Source: Phoronis australis
Lineage: Eukaryota > Animalia > Phoronida
Assembly: GCA_002633005.1 (NCBI GenBank)
Contig: NMRA01000022.1
Span: forward strand, 1,431,366-1,495,365
Reading direction: 5' to 3'
DNA length: 64,000 nucleotides
Under the pieces are notes generated by a model. That model was not told the origin of the DNA. It saw only the letters and a program-made list of their open reading frames with translations, and did not search any database. Positions 1-13,466 of the stretch are shown piece after piece. The position numbers and the translations under genes were made by a program. The number at the start of each line of letters is the position of its first letter. Position 1 is the stretch's first letter.

Positions 1-260
1 TACAATGTTGGACCACTTTAAAGTAAAAAGTGACATTTAATGCGACTAGAATCTTGGTTTAACACTCATTGCCTGGTTAATTTATACAAACTACCATTGA
101 AAACACAAGATGTCTAAATGTGTTAAAAGATCTATTAACACATTTAGACATCTTGTGTTTTCAATGGTAGTTTGTATAAATTAACCAGGCAATGAGTGTT
201 AAACCAAGATTCTAGTCGCATTAAATGTCACTTTTTACTTTAAAGTGGCCCAACATTGTA
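1..260. repeat. 260-bp spacerless palindrome (foldback/MITE-like)
   Basis: Positions 1-130 are the reverse complement of 131-260, centred on AGA|TCT. Only two mismatched pairs were seen (12/249, 127/134). It is followed by TATATA and may extend left of the window. Confidence 0.9.
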
Positions 261-1682
261 TATATAGTAATATGAATTCACTCTTTAGACTTCTCACAAC
301 TAGTCACACACACTTATTCAAGTACGTTCCTCTGTGCCTCCAACTGCTCAGGTGAAGTATCTTCTCACTGGTAGCTGGTTCCATATTGTCAGCCACCATT
401 GTTACTCGAATGTCTCCCATTTTTCACTTGTGTCAGTCACAGCAAAATGCGCGCAGATAGCAAAATGATAACATTAGCCAGTCATGCCACTTCAAAAGTG
501 AAGTTATTGGGACACTGGCGGCTATATAACGTCCACGGAATGACTCTGACCAGTGGTTTTGCATTTGCCTGTAATTGCCAATGAATCTTTCACGTTGACA
601 CTGTCCTCCGCTTTCAACGCCCTGCATCAAAACCACTTGAAGATTCCTAAAGAAATGTTTGTTCAGAATCTATCGTAAAGTAACTATTCCTAACGAATCA
701 GAACATGGTGAAAATTAACCAAAAAGAGGAAAGTTTGCTGACGAAACAACAACTAGAGTCTTGTAAGGTTTGACTGAAGCCCTTGGACCTCAACAGCTAC
801 GGATTTTTCTGAAACACATTTCTGAATCAATGATCAAGTTACTTCATATGCATACAAAAGTGTATACAGTGTTCAATGATAAAATAAAAAAACATCAGAA
901 AGCTTTGTTCTACTCGTAAAAAACAATTGCATTAAAAAAAGTGTTCGAATGATAATATTCAATCGATTCTGGATCCGAGGAATACTTCTGTTCTCGGAAC
1001 ACGACTCGAAAGCTAATCAATTGCATGGCGTGACTCGCATAACCTCAAATGAAATTAATCCATAGTCCCTGTGCCCGGTTGCATGAAACAGTCCCGATTT
1101 ACGCAGTTACATGTACTTCCAGAAGCGTCAATGTGTGTACATGTATGTTGCTACAATGTATGCCGTGAACGCTGACAAATGTTGAAGCCCGGCAGGCAAT
1201 ATGTGTCATGTTGGCGGCATTTACTGACGCAGAACACATACCGTGAACGTCGACACATATTGTCACCCTGACGACAATAAGTGTCGATGTACATGTAAGA
1301 GGTATATATTGTCGTTCTCGGCATCTGTTGCTGAGTGAGACAATGCATGTCCCAACAAGCCGTTCTCGGGTAAGAATTCATTGTAGAAAATTCCTACGCA
1401 GCCTTTTGTAACTAAAAATCAGGAGGGTAAAGACGTTGAAAAATATCGCACTTTTGTGAAAAATACAAGTTTAGGTGATTACACGTGTCCCGATATTGCT
1501 TTTGTGCAGATAATTTGTTTATTAACCAAAGAATATATGGTTCTGTGCGATAAAATAAAATGTTTGTACAAGTGTGAGCCTGGTCATACATGAAATGTTG
1601 TTCGAAACCTGCAGCCCCACACACTCTATCCGGCATATACAACAAGTGAAATGCGGGTGGTATTTCTGTTCATATTTTTCAG

Positions 1683-2290
1683 GCATTCACTATACTGGCA
1701 TTCTGCACATCAGACCCCGTGACAGTCGCAAATCTTTTACCGTCGTCTGCGATGAAGGGTGGGTGGTTATCCAGCGAAGATTCAACGGAAGCGTCGAGTT
1801 CAACAGGAACTGGAATGACTATAAGAATGGTTTTGGTGACGTCGGAGGAGAGATGTGGCTCGGCAATGACAACATTTACTACATCACCCAGCAGGCTCGA
1901 TACAAAATACAATACGTGATGACCACATGGAATGGCACGAGTGTAATACGGGAACATAGTTCATTCGCAACAGCTGATGAGAAAGAGAAATACAAATTAT
2001 ACATATCTGAAAATAATGTTTCAGATCCTGGAACTTCGATGAACCAACTCCACGGGGCTCATTTTTCGACCATAGACCTTGATAATGACGAACTTGGCAA
2101 TACAAATTGCGCAGAAAATGGTGGATGGTGGTTTAAATCGTGTGCACGTGTAGCCTTGAATAGTCATTATCCCACGGGCGGTAATTGTAGGCACAACAGG
2201 ACCAGACAATGCATGAAATATTACAAGTCAGGAGAACATGTACTTTTGAAAAACTCAGTTGTTAAAATACAGAGAATTGGTGTTCATTAA
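1683..2290 (+). CDS. PAN-FReD paralog 1, terminal exon (fibrinogen C-terminal domain); upstream exons lie outside the window
   Basis: FReD motifs GWVVIQRRFNGSVEF, WNDYKNGFG, GEMWLGND, FSTIDLDND, NCA..GGWWF..C. Acceptor tttttcAG at 1681-1682 is in the same phase-1 position as in paralogs 2 and 3. The ORF is open to the stop at 2290. Confidence 0.9.
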
Positions 2291-2854
2291 AGGATGTCTA
2301 GTGATTGGGCCACGAGAGTCACTTGGGGGTATTCTAGTTAAGAACGAAGCATTAATGAACGACGACATTGCGCTTAGAACCATACTCATTCGATACGAAT
2401 TTTGTCCATTTCCGTGTGACGTTATCATGCATATTACCGACTGCATATAGTAATACCTTATAACTTATTAATAGTACATTATAACGTCGAAGGGCCGAAT
2501 GACGAATATTGTATCGAATCAGCGTGCTTAGAACAACCCTCGTTGTAGCGCTAGAGATTGAAACCCTTAAAATTCTCAGCACCAGTTAAATTGTTAACAA
2601 ACACAACGAAACGAAAGTTTGTCTTTCGTAACAGATTTCGGCAAATTATGAATGAGGAACAAGTTATAGAAGCATGTGGCCTTGAATAGGTTTGCTTCAA
2701 ATAACTAAAAATTATTCTGGTTGCTCAGTTCTACTGTTTACCTATAGTTTTTAGGTATGTTTGTGTAGCTGTTGACTGACTAGCCTGCAACCAACGGAAT
2801 GCTGTTTCTCGAACAGTCTGACTTTCGCCTCAAAATAAGTCTCTGGGTGATTTA

Positions 2855-2998
2855 GCAGGGTCGGACCGAGGATTTTGAGTTAGGTGGAGCCAGGATTTTG
2901 CCCTTCAGACATTCGCACCCACTAACTGTCAAATGTAATTTCGGAGAATTTTAGGGGGCCATGGCCCCCTTGGCCCCCCCTCTAAGTCCGCCATTGCT
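2855..2998. mobile_element. Short degenerate MITE-like insertion
   Basis: Begins agcagggtcggaccgaggatttt and ends ggggccatggccccctggcccccctctaagtccgccattgct. Imperfect inverted termini and a GC-rich end are typical of small invertebrate non-autonomous elements. Confidence 0.45.
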
Positions 2999-5900
2999 TA
3001 GCCTGTTTCTCGAAGTGTGGTTAAAGCTACAAGTCAGGAAATCAGTCTAACTTAACGCCAAACGACAGTAATTCGCAACCTGCACGGGAGCAGACTAAAA
3101 AACAAAGTCAAACAATCGTATTTTGGCTGTATATTTTTGGACTACAGACCCTTGGAATCTTTTTCGTGGACAGTGGCTATAAACAGAAATTTGCCGTTAC
3201 GCTCTATATAACTATTTTCAAAAAATATTTAACGCTCACTTCAGCAAAAATGCATTACCTGAGAATATACACAACTGCTTGTTACTGAGTTGACTGTTGT
3301 CAATTGCTTCTAGGCTACGGTGCGCTGACAACTACTTGAACAAACTTGCTTTCAGCAATTGCGAAGTGGGACCGCAAGACCACATTTCTGATACAGTTTA
3401 AAATCGCCTTGACGAAAGCTACCCCTGAGACCTGTTTCATGGAGAATCTATTGGCTTTGTCTTTTGAATTTCTGCTAACAACCAGCCCAATAATGGCTTA
3501 GCATAATTCACAAAAACATGAGTCTGAAGCTCACTGAGAAATTTAGTCTAAAACTCGAAGCCAATCGACAGAAGTACGTAGTCCGCTTAACTCGATTAGC
3601 CAGACGATATATGTACATGTAGAGTTTCGAGAAACGCAACCGATATAAAGTCAACTTTTGGCTCTTTGGTGTCAGATATCTGTGTAAGTCAGAAGGCAAA
3701 AACCAATGGTCTCTTCAAGAAACATGCTCTAGGTACATGTATCTAGAGTAATTCGGTGACTGAAGGTATTGCAGGCTTTAAATAGGGATTCAACTTTTGG
3801 GATTACCAAAAGTAAGTCCCTAAGTTGAGTCCCTGCTGTTGAAAGTAGAATTTTCCGTAACAGAACTAACCCGCTTGAGACGTTTAGCGACAGTGAGCTA
3901 CATGATTTAGATTTTCAAAGGCTTGTGTTTTTACGATAGTTAGAGAGCTTGAAGAGAAGCTGGAGTTGTCGAACAGGAAAGGCGTGATCTCAGCCAATGT
4001 ACTGGTTCGTAGTTCCATCATGAACTGAATTTATCAATTACTTTAGTGCCACGACTTACCCCACGCCTCACTTAATTCCCCGAGCAGACGATTTTAACAG
4101 CGCGTTGGGAAGTGCGGCGACTCCTACCTTAGGTTCTGGTATTCTCACGAGTTCGCTAATTTTTAATTTACATTAGCGTTGGCGGCCACAATCGATCGTC
4201 TGCCCTCTCAACAGCAGTAGAAACTCGAATTCTCAGATAATGCACATTAACAGTGCACTCTACTCGAACAATCATTCAAAAGGTAGAACAGAGGACGTAA
4301 ATGCGACAGGTATTCTCTCGTTGATAATGATTTTCGCCATATTAAGCGATCTTGGCCACGGCGACCATCGGGATTGTTCGGCTTTGGGAACTTACATGTA
4401 CTTCGGATTTAGGGCGCTCCCCAATAAGGACCGAGTGTAGGACCACTTCATGCAACAGTCCTTAAACAAAATCCTTAGAGGGACTTCTGTAACTAGTTTG
4501 GGAACATGGTTCAGTCCCTAATTAGGGACTGTTTCATGCAACCTGACACGGAGGGCCAGGTTGCGGGGCGGTGATGATTTCCAGCGATATTTTTCATCAA
4601 TTTGCTGTTTGATTAAGAAATAAAAATGTTTTTTTGTTTGTTTCCAAGCAACAGCCAATAGAAAACACATACCACTGCATATTTCACGGAGCCTGACTAC
4701 GGGCAATATGTAGCTGTACAATGTATCTCATAAACCTCATCAAGGGGCTTCAATAACATTGGCAAATACGTTTCTATGATGATAAAGTCAGTCGATGTCA
4801 ATTTTTAGATACTTTGACTACTGGTGGCCCCTTGGTGGCAGTTTTAATGACTAGAATGCTTTGGTGAAATTTCATGAATTTTGGCCAAAACGTCTCCATC
4901 GAGAAAACAATGGTACATGCATGTTGGGGACCATGTTTCTGTTACGATATTTTGTTTTCTGTCTACTATGAGGACAGCTTTTGATTAATAACGAAACGTG
5001 GTTTACATGTTCCACTCTAGCGTGGTTTTTGTTTTCCACTTCTTACTTCTAATTTGGCCAAAAACTAATTTTATTTACATGCATGTTTTCGAATGAATGA
5101 GTCTAACCTGTGCTGCCGCACCCGTGACAGTATTAGTACTTTGCAACTTGTTCAAACATCTAACCTGTGCCCCCCTCATCTGCTCACTGATGCCCTGGTT
5201 AGGTCCACCTTATTACCTGATAATCATTACATAAAATATATGATGTCACATTAATCCGAGTTTTGTAATTTTTACAGGATGCTAACCGTTTAACTGATTC
5301 GACCCAAATCTGATTCTGTCACTTGTTGTCACACTCCCGTGAAGGATAAAAATGACGTCTCTTTAAACTATTACACGCACAGGCTTCAAAATTTTCATTG
5401 CAGCTAAGGTTTACATCTAGCAAAGTGATCTCCGTAAACTTACCTGGGTTGACATACTTACTCCGTACACTTACCTGGGTTGACATCCTTAGACACCAAG
5501 ACCTTAAGTTGCACTTGCGCCAAAAAATCATCACTCAGGGAACGGAAACACTGAACTCAGTTCCATAAGTCAACACCCCACCCTCGCCGATCGATCTCTT
5601 CAATCGCCGCCATTTCGCTAGGCCAGGCCAGCAAGCTCCCCGTACATAGTCGCCTTTCGTTCGCTTGATTTTGCGAGATCTCGTTTTGTTTGCTCTGCAG
5701 TTTTACGACCATCCTCAATACACGCCTTCAGAAGGCGCAAAAGTAAGTTATGTAGAAGAACTCGAGGGCCTATTTCCTCTAGTTCTATAGTCAAATGAAC
5801 TGTTGTACACTCCACCGCAGATCGTGTCAATGCTACGGACATAGTTTAACATTTCTTCGTTCGCCATCTCACTCCTTTTTAAATTCATAGTCAAAAAGAC

Positions 5901-6143
5901 TTTGCTGAGTTAGATTTTCATTTTCAATACATTCCTGGTTCATAGAAATACCCATCCTAAGACAGCACTAGCGCAGCAATGCTTCGATCCGGTCAGGTTA
6001 GCTCCATCTGTACTCAAGGAGTTTAATTGTACTACACGCCTTGCACACGGGTTATTATCACACAAGAAAGCATGACATTATTTTGTAATATCGGACATCA
6101 GCAGCAATGCCTAGGGAAAATTTATGCTGTTTGATAACTTTCT

Positions 6144-9100
6144 CGGCTAAATCTCAATCAACGTCCATATTCGAGAGTTGACTGTGTTACGGTCTAAAGT
6201 AAATTTGTTTGGTCACTTACCAAATACCAATTGAATCTCATATGCAAAGAGTTATTTAGTTGCGCAAATTTAAAAAGAATCATCAAAATCGGACAGTGTT
6301 TGAAAAATTTATGCATGTTTTGTCTATGAATTTCATGCATTTTTAATGTTACGAGTGGCCATTTTGAAAATTATAATTTTCAATTGTCAACAGTAGAAAA
6401 GAAATTTATTTTATCAAGTAAGTAATTGCTTAGATATGACTGGGAACAACTTGAGTCACTTTTAGAATCACTTAGATGAAGTTGTGCTTAATCATTGCGA
6501 AATTGTAGGGTTCATCATAAAGCAGGCAATCGTAACGAAATTTGTAAATTCTGTGTTTCTTACCCTCACCTACTGTAAAGAAGTTTAAAAATTAAAGTTC
6601 AAACTCTGTCATAAAAAACTGCAGAATATGTTAGCCTAGGCAAAACAGCAAATTATTCGATATCTAAATAAACAAAAAGTTTGGATGTCAACTGGGTTCT
6701 GCTATGTTGAAAATGGGCCTAAAAGGCTAACAAAATGTAGTTTACGTACCCCCAGGTGGAATTCAGTAACACAAATGGTCATTGCAAATGAAATTATTCC
6801 CTTTGAAATAACAAAATGGTGCTGATTATCATCAAAGAAAAATAAATGGCCATACAACATTATGTTACCATGTGATGCAGAAATAGTGATGTAGTATACG
6901 TACTCCCCCCCCCTTGTAGTGTACGTATCCCCATGTTTACAAATGCCATGAAATTAAAATATCATTTTGCAAGTGAACAACAGTGGTCGTAGACAGTTTC
7001 CTTTCTCAAAATGTTAGGTTAAAAGGGTGTTTATTACAATTTCATATGCTTTGATTTAAATATTAGCATTTGCGTAGTGTACGTACCCCTATATTTCAAT
7101 TTATGCCTATTTTCAAAGTACGGAAGATATGCTCATTAATGATGTGCTTTTTATTTTTTCTCTTTGAATTGATTTAGTAAATCAACTAACTCTCAGTAGA
7201 TTCTTACTATTTAGTTACAAACCTGACATGTCATTGAAATGTAGTGTATGTACCCTGTGTAGTGTACGTACCCCGATGTGAACAAATGGCATGAAACAAA
7301 AATATTACAAGGTAAGTAAGCAACATTTGTCACAGACAGTTTCCTCCATTAAAATGCTAGGTTAAAAGGGTGTTAATTACAAATACATTTGTTTCGAGTG
7401 AAATTTTAGCATTTGTGTAGTGTACATACCTCTCTATTTTTACATGTGCCTGTTTTCAACGAATGACAGATACGCACATGTATGCTGTACTTTTTATTTG
7501 TTCTCTTTGAAAAGATTTGGTAAATGAACTAACTCTTAGTAGATTCTAAGTATTTTTTATAAACCTGTCAAATCATTGAAATGTGGGGTTCGTACCCCCG
7601 TGTACTGTACGTACCTTCAACCTCTGTGCTATAAAGTATTGCCCACAAGTATGTTTACATACTGCTGTTCCCATGAACAATACTGATATTTCCAAAATGA
7701 ATCCAGTCTGACAAAAAACAATGGGCATCATCACATTTTGGGCAATAAAATGCCACACAGGACTTGGCTAGTGCTTAACATTCTAGAANGCAATCGTAAC
7801 GAAATTTGTAAATTCTGTGTTTCTTACCCTCACCTACTGTAAAGAAGTTTAAAAACTAAAGTTCAAACTCTGCCATAAAAAAACTGCAGAATATGTTAGC
7901 CTAGGCAAAACAGCAAATTATTCAATATCTAAATAAACAAAAAGTTTGGATGTCAACTGGGTTCTGCTATGTTGAAAATGTGCCTAAAAGGCTAACAAAA
8001 TGTAGTTTACGTACCCCCAGGTGGAATTCAGTAACACAAATGGTCATTGCAAATGAAATTATTCCCTTTTAAATAACAAAATGGTGCTGATTATCATCAA
8101 AGAAAAATAAATGGCCATACAACATTATGTTACCATGTGATGCAGAAATAGTGATGTAGTATACGTACTCCCCCCCCCCCTTGTAGTGTACGTATCCCCA
8201 TGTTTACAAATGCCATGAAATTAAAATATCATTTTGCAAGTGAGCAACAGTGGTCGTAGACAGTTTCCTTCCTCAAAATGTTAAGTTAAAAGGGTGTTTA
8301 TTACAATTTCATATGCTTTGATTTAAATATTAGCATTTGCGTAGTGTACGTACCCCTATATTTCAATTTATGCCTATTTTCAAAGTACGGAAGATATGCT
8401 CATTAATGCTGTGCTTTATATTTTTTCTCTTTGAATTGATTTAGTAAATCAACTAACTCTCAGTAGATTCTTACTATTTAGTTACAAACCTGACATGTCA
8501 TTGAAATGTAGTGTATGTACCCTGTGTAGTGTACGTACACCGATGTGAACAAATGGCATGAAACAAAAATATTACACGGTAAGTAAGCAACATTTGTCAC
8601 AGACAGTTCCCTCCATTAAAAGTGCTAGGTTAAAAGGGTGTTAATTACAAATACATTTGTTTCGAGTGAAATTTTAGCATTTGTGTAGTGTACATACCTC
8701 TCTATTTTTACATGTGCCTGTTTTCAACGAATGACAGATACGCACATGTATGCTGTACTTTTTATTTGTTCTCTTTGAAAAGATTTGGCAAATGAACTAA
8801 CTCTTAGTAGATTCTAAGTATTTTTTATAAACCTGTCAAATCATTGAAATGTGGGGTACGTACCCCCGTGTACTGTACGTACCTTCAACCTCTGTGCTAT
8901 AAAGTATTGCCCACAAGTATGTTTACATACTGCTGTTCCCATGAACAATACTGATATTTCCAAAATGAATCCAGTCTGACAAAAAACAATGGGCATCATC
9001 ACATTTTGGGCAATAAAATGCCACACAGGACTTGGCTAGTGCTTAACATTCTAGAAGACCCATCATGTGACAACTGATGTTGCAGAGGCAGGTTCTCTGT

Positions 9101-9770
9101 CTCTCAAGACAAGTTGCAACAAACCAACAAGTAGAAGCAGCACAAAACTCGAGACAATCCCGTACATTTGTAACTTAGTCAAAATTTGATTGACTGTGCG
9201 TAGTGTACATTGTACGTATCCCCCAACCAGTACCATTTTTACTGTTTGCAAGTGGAACACTGGGCCTAGCATTGCTTAAACTATTTTAACCAACTGGTGA
9301 ATATATTGAAAACTAGGCAAATAGCACCAATAATGTTTTTGAAAAAAGTAGCTATTTGTCATTTTCTTTTTGTAAGAATCATATTACAAGAGAGGAAGTT
9401 CTCATTATACTGTGTTAAGATATGCAATGTATCATCATCTAGAACAACTTGATCATCACGGTAATAACTTTTCTTACTTTAGTATGTGACACTTCTTCAA
9501 TTTGCTCAAGAACTTGTTAAATTAACAGCTACTGAATTTTTCGAGGGTAGAATTTGACTGTGACCATAAGATGCAGTGAAGGTACCCTTTTGTACAATTG
9601 TGATGCATTAGGCCATAAAATTTTATTTGGTGGTTCTTGTGCAACAATATTTTAGATTACAAACCTGGAATGATGGCACTTTAAAATAACCCAGCTTTTG
9701 CAGTTATATGACAACCTTCATTTTTCTCCAAAAGTGGCCACCGAGTATGGACCTTGATTGTGATTTGCCC
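6144..9770. mobile_element. Non-autonomous TIR DNA transposon with internal repeats (possibly Harbinger-like)
   Basis: Left end ggctaaatctcaatcaacgtccatattcg matches the reverse complement of the right end (gggcaaatcacaatcaaggtccatactcg). The interior has many GTAGTGTACGTACCCC motifs and a ~340-bp internal repeat, with no transposase ORF. Confidence 0.65.
6526..9056. repeat. Near-identical 1.26-kb direct duplication (6526-7788 / 7790-9056) split by one N; probable assembly overlap
   Basis: Both copies start gcaatcgtaacgaaa and end ttctagaa. The junction is exactly the N at 7789, and the copies differ only by scattered SNPs and homopolymer lengths. Confidence 0.9.
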
Positions 9771-11245
9771 TTCTGCTTTCCTTTCTTGTAAATTGTACCA
9801 GCGGGGGTACTAAGTGTGCACGAAAATCTCAGTATGAACCAATATCAATTTGAACCAATCTCACTGAGGACAAACGCCATGGCCACCATAATCAATTGCC
9901 ATGCACTGACGTCTATACACCTGTAGAAATGTCGGTGCCTATTTTTTAAACATCAAAACAGTGTTCCGTGATTTATGCACCCATTTTCATATCCTGAAAG
10001 TTTGGGGAAGATAGCCAACTAGTGTTTAGTTACTCTTGGGAAAATAACTTGAATGAAAAAACGTTGCAAATCGAAAGGTATGTAGAACAAACTTTCGTTG
10101 AAAACAACTTCGACGGCCGATAATAGAGTGCGGTCTGTTTTAATGAAAGGTTGGATGCATTCGATAGAGGGCGACATTAGTTAGCCATCGCTCAAACGAA
10201 AAACACGACAAATCGAGGTTCTGAGGTTGAAAACCTAAAATACAGGGAAAGTAAGTGGCATATTCCATTAAAACAACTTGAGATAAAGCCTTTTTTAATA
10301 CGTTTACATAACGTCCAATATGGTATTGACTATTTGCCTGCGAGTTGTTCGAAAATTATTTAACCTACGGAGTTAGTTTAATCCTATAAAAATGCAAACA
10401 AAATATTTGCCATGTCGATTTTAAGCTAAATGGCACATGCGATCAAGCCAGTAATTACACGATTGTGTAAACTGTTTTTGGTTTACGATATGATCAATAG
10501 CTCCACGCGTTAATCTTAATTAATAGACAATCGTATCAATGTGTATCCTGCATACAGCTGTACCCGCTACACAGGAAATGGTGAGGAAATACAATAGGAT
10601 TACTTTGTAGCAGACAGTATCAATACGGGAATACAGTCGTGTACGTTGGACTTTAAAAGTGTGTTTGCTCACATACTATGTTGGAAAAAGCTTGATGCAT
10701 GAATCTAGGAGGACAAATATTCCACCGCAAATAGGGGTGTTTGAAACTCATGGGTTACTGCATAAATCACCTCTCGGTCTGTGTTCCCAGATCGGTACTG
10801 AAAACAGTCACGTTCCGCATGTGCGTATTGAGCCATTCACTGTTTCATTTTTTTCAACAAAAATTTCACTCGTGCATCACAAAATCTTTTTACACCTACA
10901 AATTATGATAGAATTTTTTTTGCCAGATGCGTTTGACTGTCAAAATAATTATCATACACTGTATTATGTTTTGTAGGTAAAAAGTGATCAATTACTACTT
11001 AATGCAGGTCCAGTTCGGATATTATGATATTAACGGATAATTAACTTGCATCTAAGTACACTTATATGTTTCTAAGCCCTTGGCCGTTAAAAAGTATGTA
11101 CAAACCATTACAAGAAATTGCTGCAAGAGTATACAGAGCTTTGAAAATTAATTGTTATTTTTCTAGGTCAACACTGGAACCATATTCCTCGCAGTTCAAC
11201 TTTAATCTATTAACCTCTACAGTTCAATTCTGGCGTTAGCCGTTG

Positions 11246-11278
11246 CATTTAAAGGAATCGATACAAGTGAGACAGTTA
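11246..11278 (+). promoter_or_regulatory. Candidate core promoter of paralog 2 (TATA-like TTTAAA + Inr-like ACAGTT)
   Basis: TTTAAA at 11248 lies ~26 nt before ACAGTT. The same block recurs upstream of paralog 3 (~40697-40729). Conservation may only reflect the duplication. Confidence 0.3.
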
Positions 11279-11354
11279 TATCGAAAACGTGAGGATTCGT
11301 ACACACTTGCCGGAGTGTTCTTGATTAATGCACTTTCGCTCAACTCGTCAAAGA

Positions 11355-11651
11355 ATGGCGACTCTCGTTTGGGTTTCAGCGCTTCCTTTGCTTTTTCGAA
11401 TCATACCCCTCTCTCTGGGATCGGCAATTTTCACGGAATTTGACACGGAAGCGACGAGTGTAAGTGGTTGTGAAGGTAACAGAACGTTCTCAGCAGTTGG
11501 CAGGTACACTGAATGTTCACGTGAATGCGCTTTAGACAATAGCTGCGTCACTTTCCTCTTCACCAAAGAAGCCGGTGTAAACAATTGTTACACGTGTAGT
11601 TACTGGAAGGAGGCGTCTTCAAGAACTGGAGAAAATACGCTAGGATGGAAG
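11355..11651 (+). CDS. PAN-FReD paralog 2, exon 1: signal peptide + PAN/Apple-like domain
   Basis: Hydrophobic leader MATLVWVSALPLLFRIIPLSLG, then C..ECSRECALDNSCVTFLF..NCYTC (PAN-type Cx3Cx5CxxF...C spacing). Phase-0 donor AAG|GTGGGT at 11652. An alternative in-frame ATG lies at 11328. Confidence 0.8.
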
Positions 11652-11859
11652 GTGGGTGACATTCATACGCACATGCGTACATTTGTGTAAGTATGCATGC
11701 GTGTATTTGTGGTTGCATGATGGCGTGTTTGTCTGCATGTGCATATGTGCATTTGTGTAAACGTATGTCAGTGCACCTGCACGGGTGCATGAGAATTCAA
11801 AACAAATGCATGTCATGTCATATTAGATGAATCTACTTTAATTTTGTTCCCTCTTCCAG

Positions 11860-11884
11860 GTATTCCAAGATTGTGCAGACGCCG
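11860..11884 (+). CDS. PAN-FReD paralog 2, exon 2 (25-nt microexon, VFQDCADA-G)
   Basis: Polypyrimidine tract plus ccAG acceptor and G|GTGCGT donor. Phase 0 in and phase 1 out bridge exons 1 and 3 exactly. It supplies the first conserved Cys (DC) of the FReD and is conserved in paralog 3. Confidence 0.8.
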
Positions 11885-13466
11885 GTGCGTATATTTTCCT
11901 TACTGATAATATTGAAAACCAACACGTCACAAACAGAATCAACATGAAATTTCATATTAAAAACAGGCTCTTTGTACTTTACGCATTTCTACGCTTTAAG
12001 TGAGATGCTGTTCAATCTCATACACTTTGATCAATTTTCGCATTTCCATTTTGTTCCAAAAAGAGTTAAGGGTATTTTGAGGTGAAGAGTATAATATAAA
12101 CATAATAAAGACAAACATGTACTGTACAATGTAGGTTGTGTGTTATGAACAATACTAAACTTGTCTTTACTCTAGAACTCCTATCTGTAATGAACTCCAC
12201 ATACTTGTAGGAAAGATGGTATTAATTAAATTTTACTCGCATTACTACACACAAACTTAGAGACTAACATAACTGCATGACTTAGCTTTCAATGATCACA
12301 TTTCTTCAAAGATTTTTGTGAATACAAATTTGATACCCATGACGCCATGTATTCTTAAAACCCTGCTCTTTTCATTAAAAGTCGTAGGACTGGCCACGAC
12401 GGCGCATTGTTTACTGCTTTGTGTGAAATACATGTAGTTCGTCAAAGAGTAAAGTGAAAGTGTTTGTTGACTGTAAATGCATGGCCACGTTCACGTCAGA
12501 TGCAAAGTTTCGCTCTGATAAATGCTTCCTTGCAGGTCCGACATGGCTGGCCTACGACCTCCTTAACTACGGTCAGTCATAGGACATTGAAATGTTACTA
12601 ATATGTGTAGTCACGTTGCTAAGAGCACCATTTTTCACTGGGTATCGCAAAAACTTCCTTAGGCATTATTTTGTGGCACAACACCTTGTATTTTCTGTTC
12701 ATGTCATTTAAGTTCAGAATTAAACGGTCATGAAGACTTACTCCTACTCCGTGAACATTTGGGCGTTTTTGATTCTCGATTTCAGTGTTAGGAAATATAT
12801 TTTGGCAATCGACGCATATTTCGCCTGGGCACCAATAAGTGCAGTGAAAATCGGCAAACATTGTCGGTCCGATACGGCTTACCAGTGTTTAAGCATGCAA
12901 GTAAAGATCCGGGAGATGGCACTGATGTCTGCGGGAGTGTGGATTTTCCGAACAGGAAAATATGGCATACAAAAGACGTTTTATTCCCTCCTAATTTTGG
13001 TCTCGATTCTGACCCCCTGTCCAACTTATCTCCCCATTTAGTAGAGCAAAAGAAAAAATGGGCAAGTAATGGAACGGTGAGCAAAAAGTGTCTTTCAAAT
13101 AACAGTTACCGATTTTGAATAGTTTGAAATAGGGCATTTATGTCTGTGATAAATTTGACATGCATGTAGCTCAGGCTGTGGGTTTCCTCGTAGTATTATT
13201 ATCCAATTGTGCTGTCATTTTGCCTGAGAATAGATATTTGTCTCATGTTTTCCTGTGTAAAATTGATTGAGGTACGTAAGAAGAGGAGTGGCACACCAAT
13301 TCGTGATTCCGCGTTACCGTTGGAGCGGTTTAGTCTCATGCTGCAATACTCATGACTCTATCTTATTAAATAGGCTCATTTTTACCTGTTTACGTAGTTA
13401 CGTACTTGATGTTCACGAAATAGGGTTGCAGTGTTTTTCACGGGGGTAATGCAATTTATTGCATCT

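Noticed and set aside
1574-1682. N-terminal extensions of the FReD ORFs (also 14957-14993 and 48572-48608)
   Set aside because: Intron sequence upstream of the conserved AG acceptor. The starts are non-ATG and the lengths differ between paralogs.
1679-1957. Conserved 92-aa antisense ORF in all three FReD exons
   Set aside because: A shadow of the conserved sense frame, with no independent coding signal.
7573-9026. Duplicated 61-aa ORFs as tandem genes
   Set aside because: They lie in the gap-associated duplication inside a non-coding TIR element.
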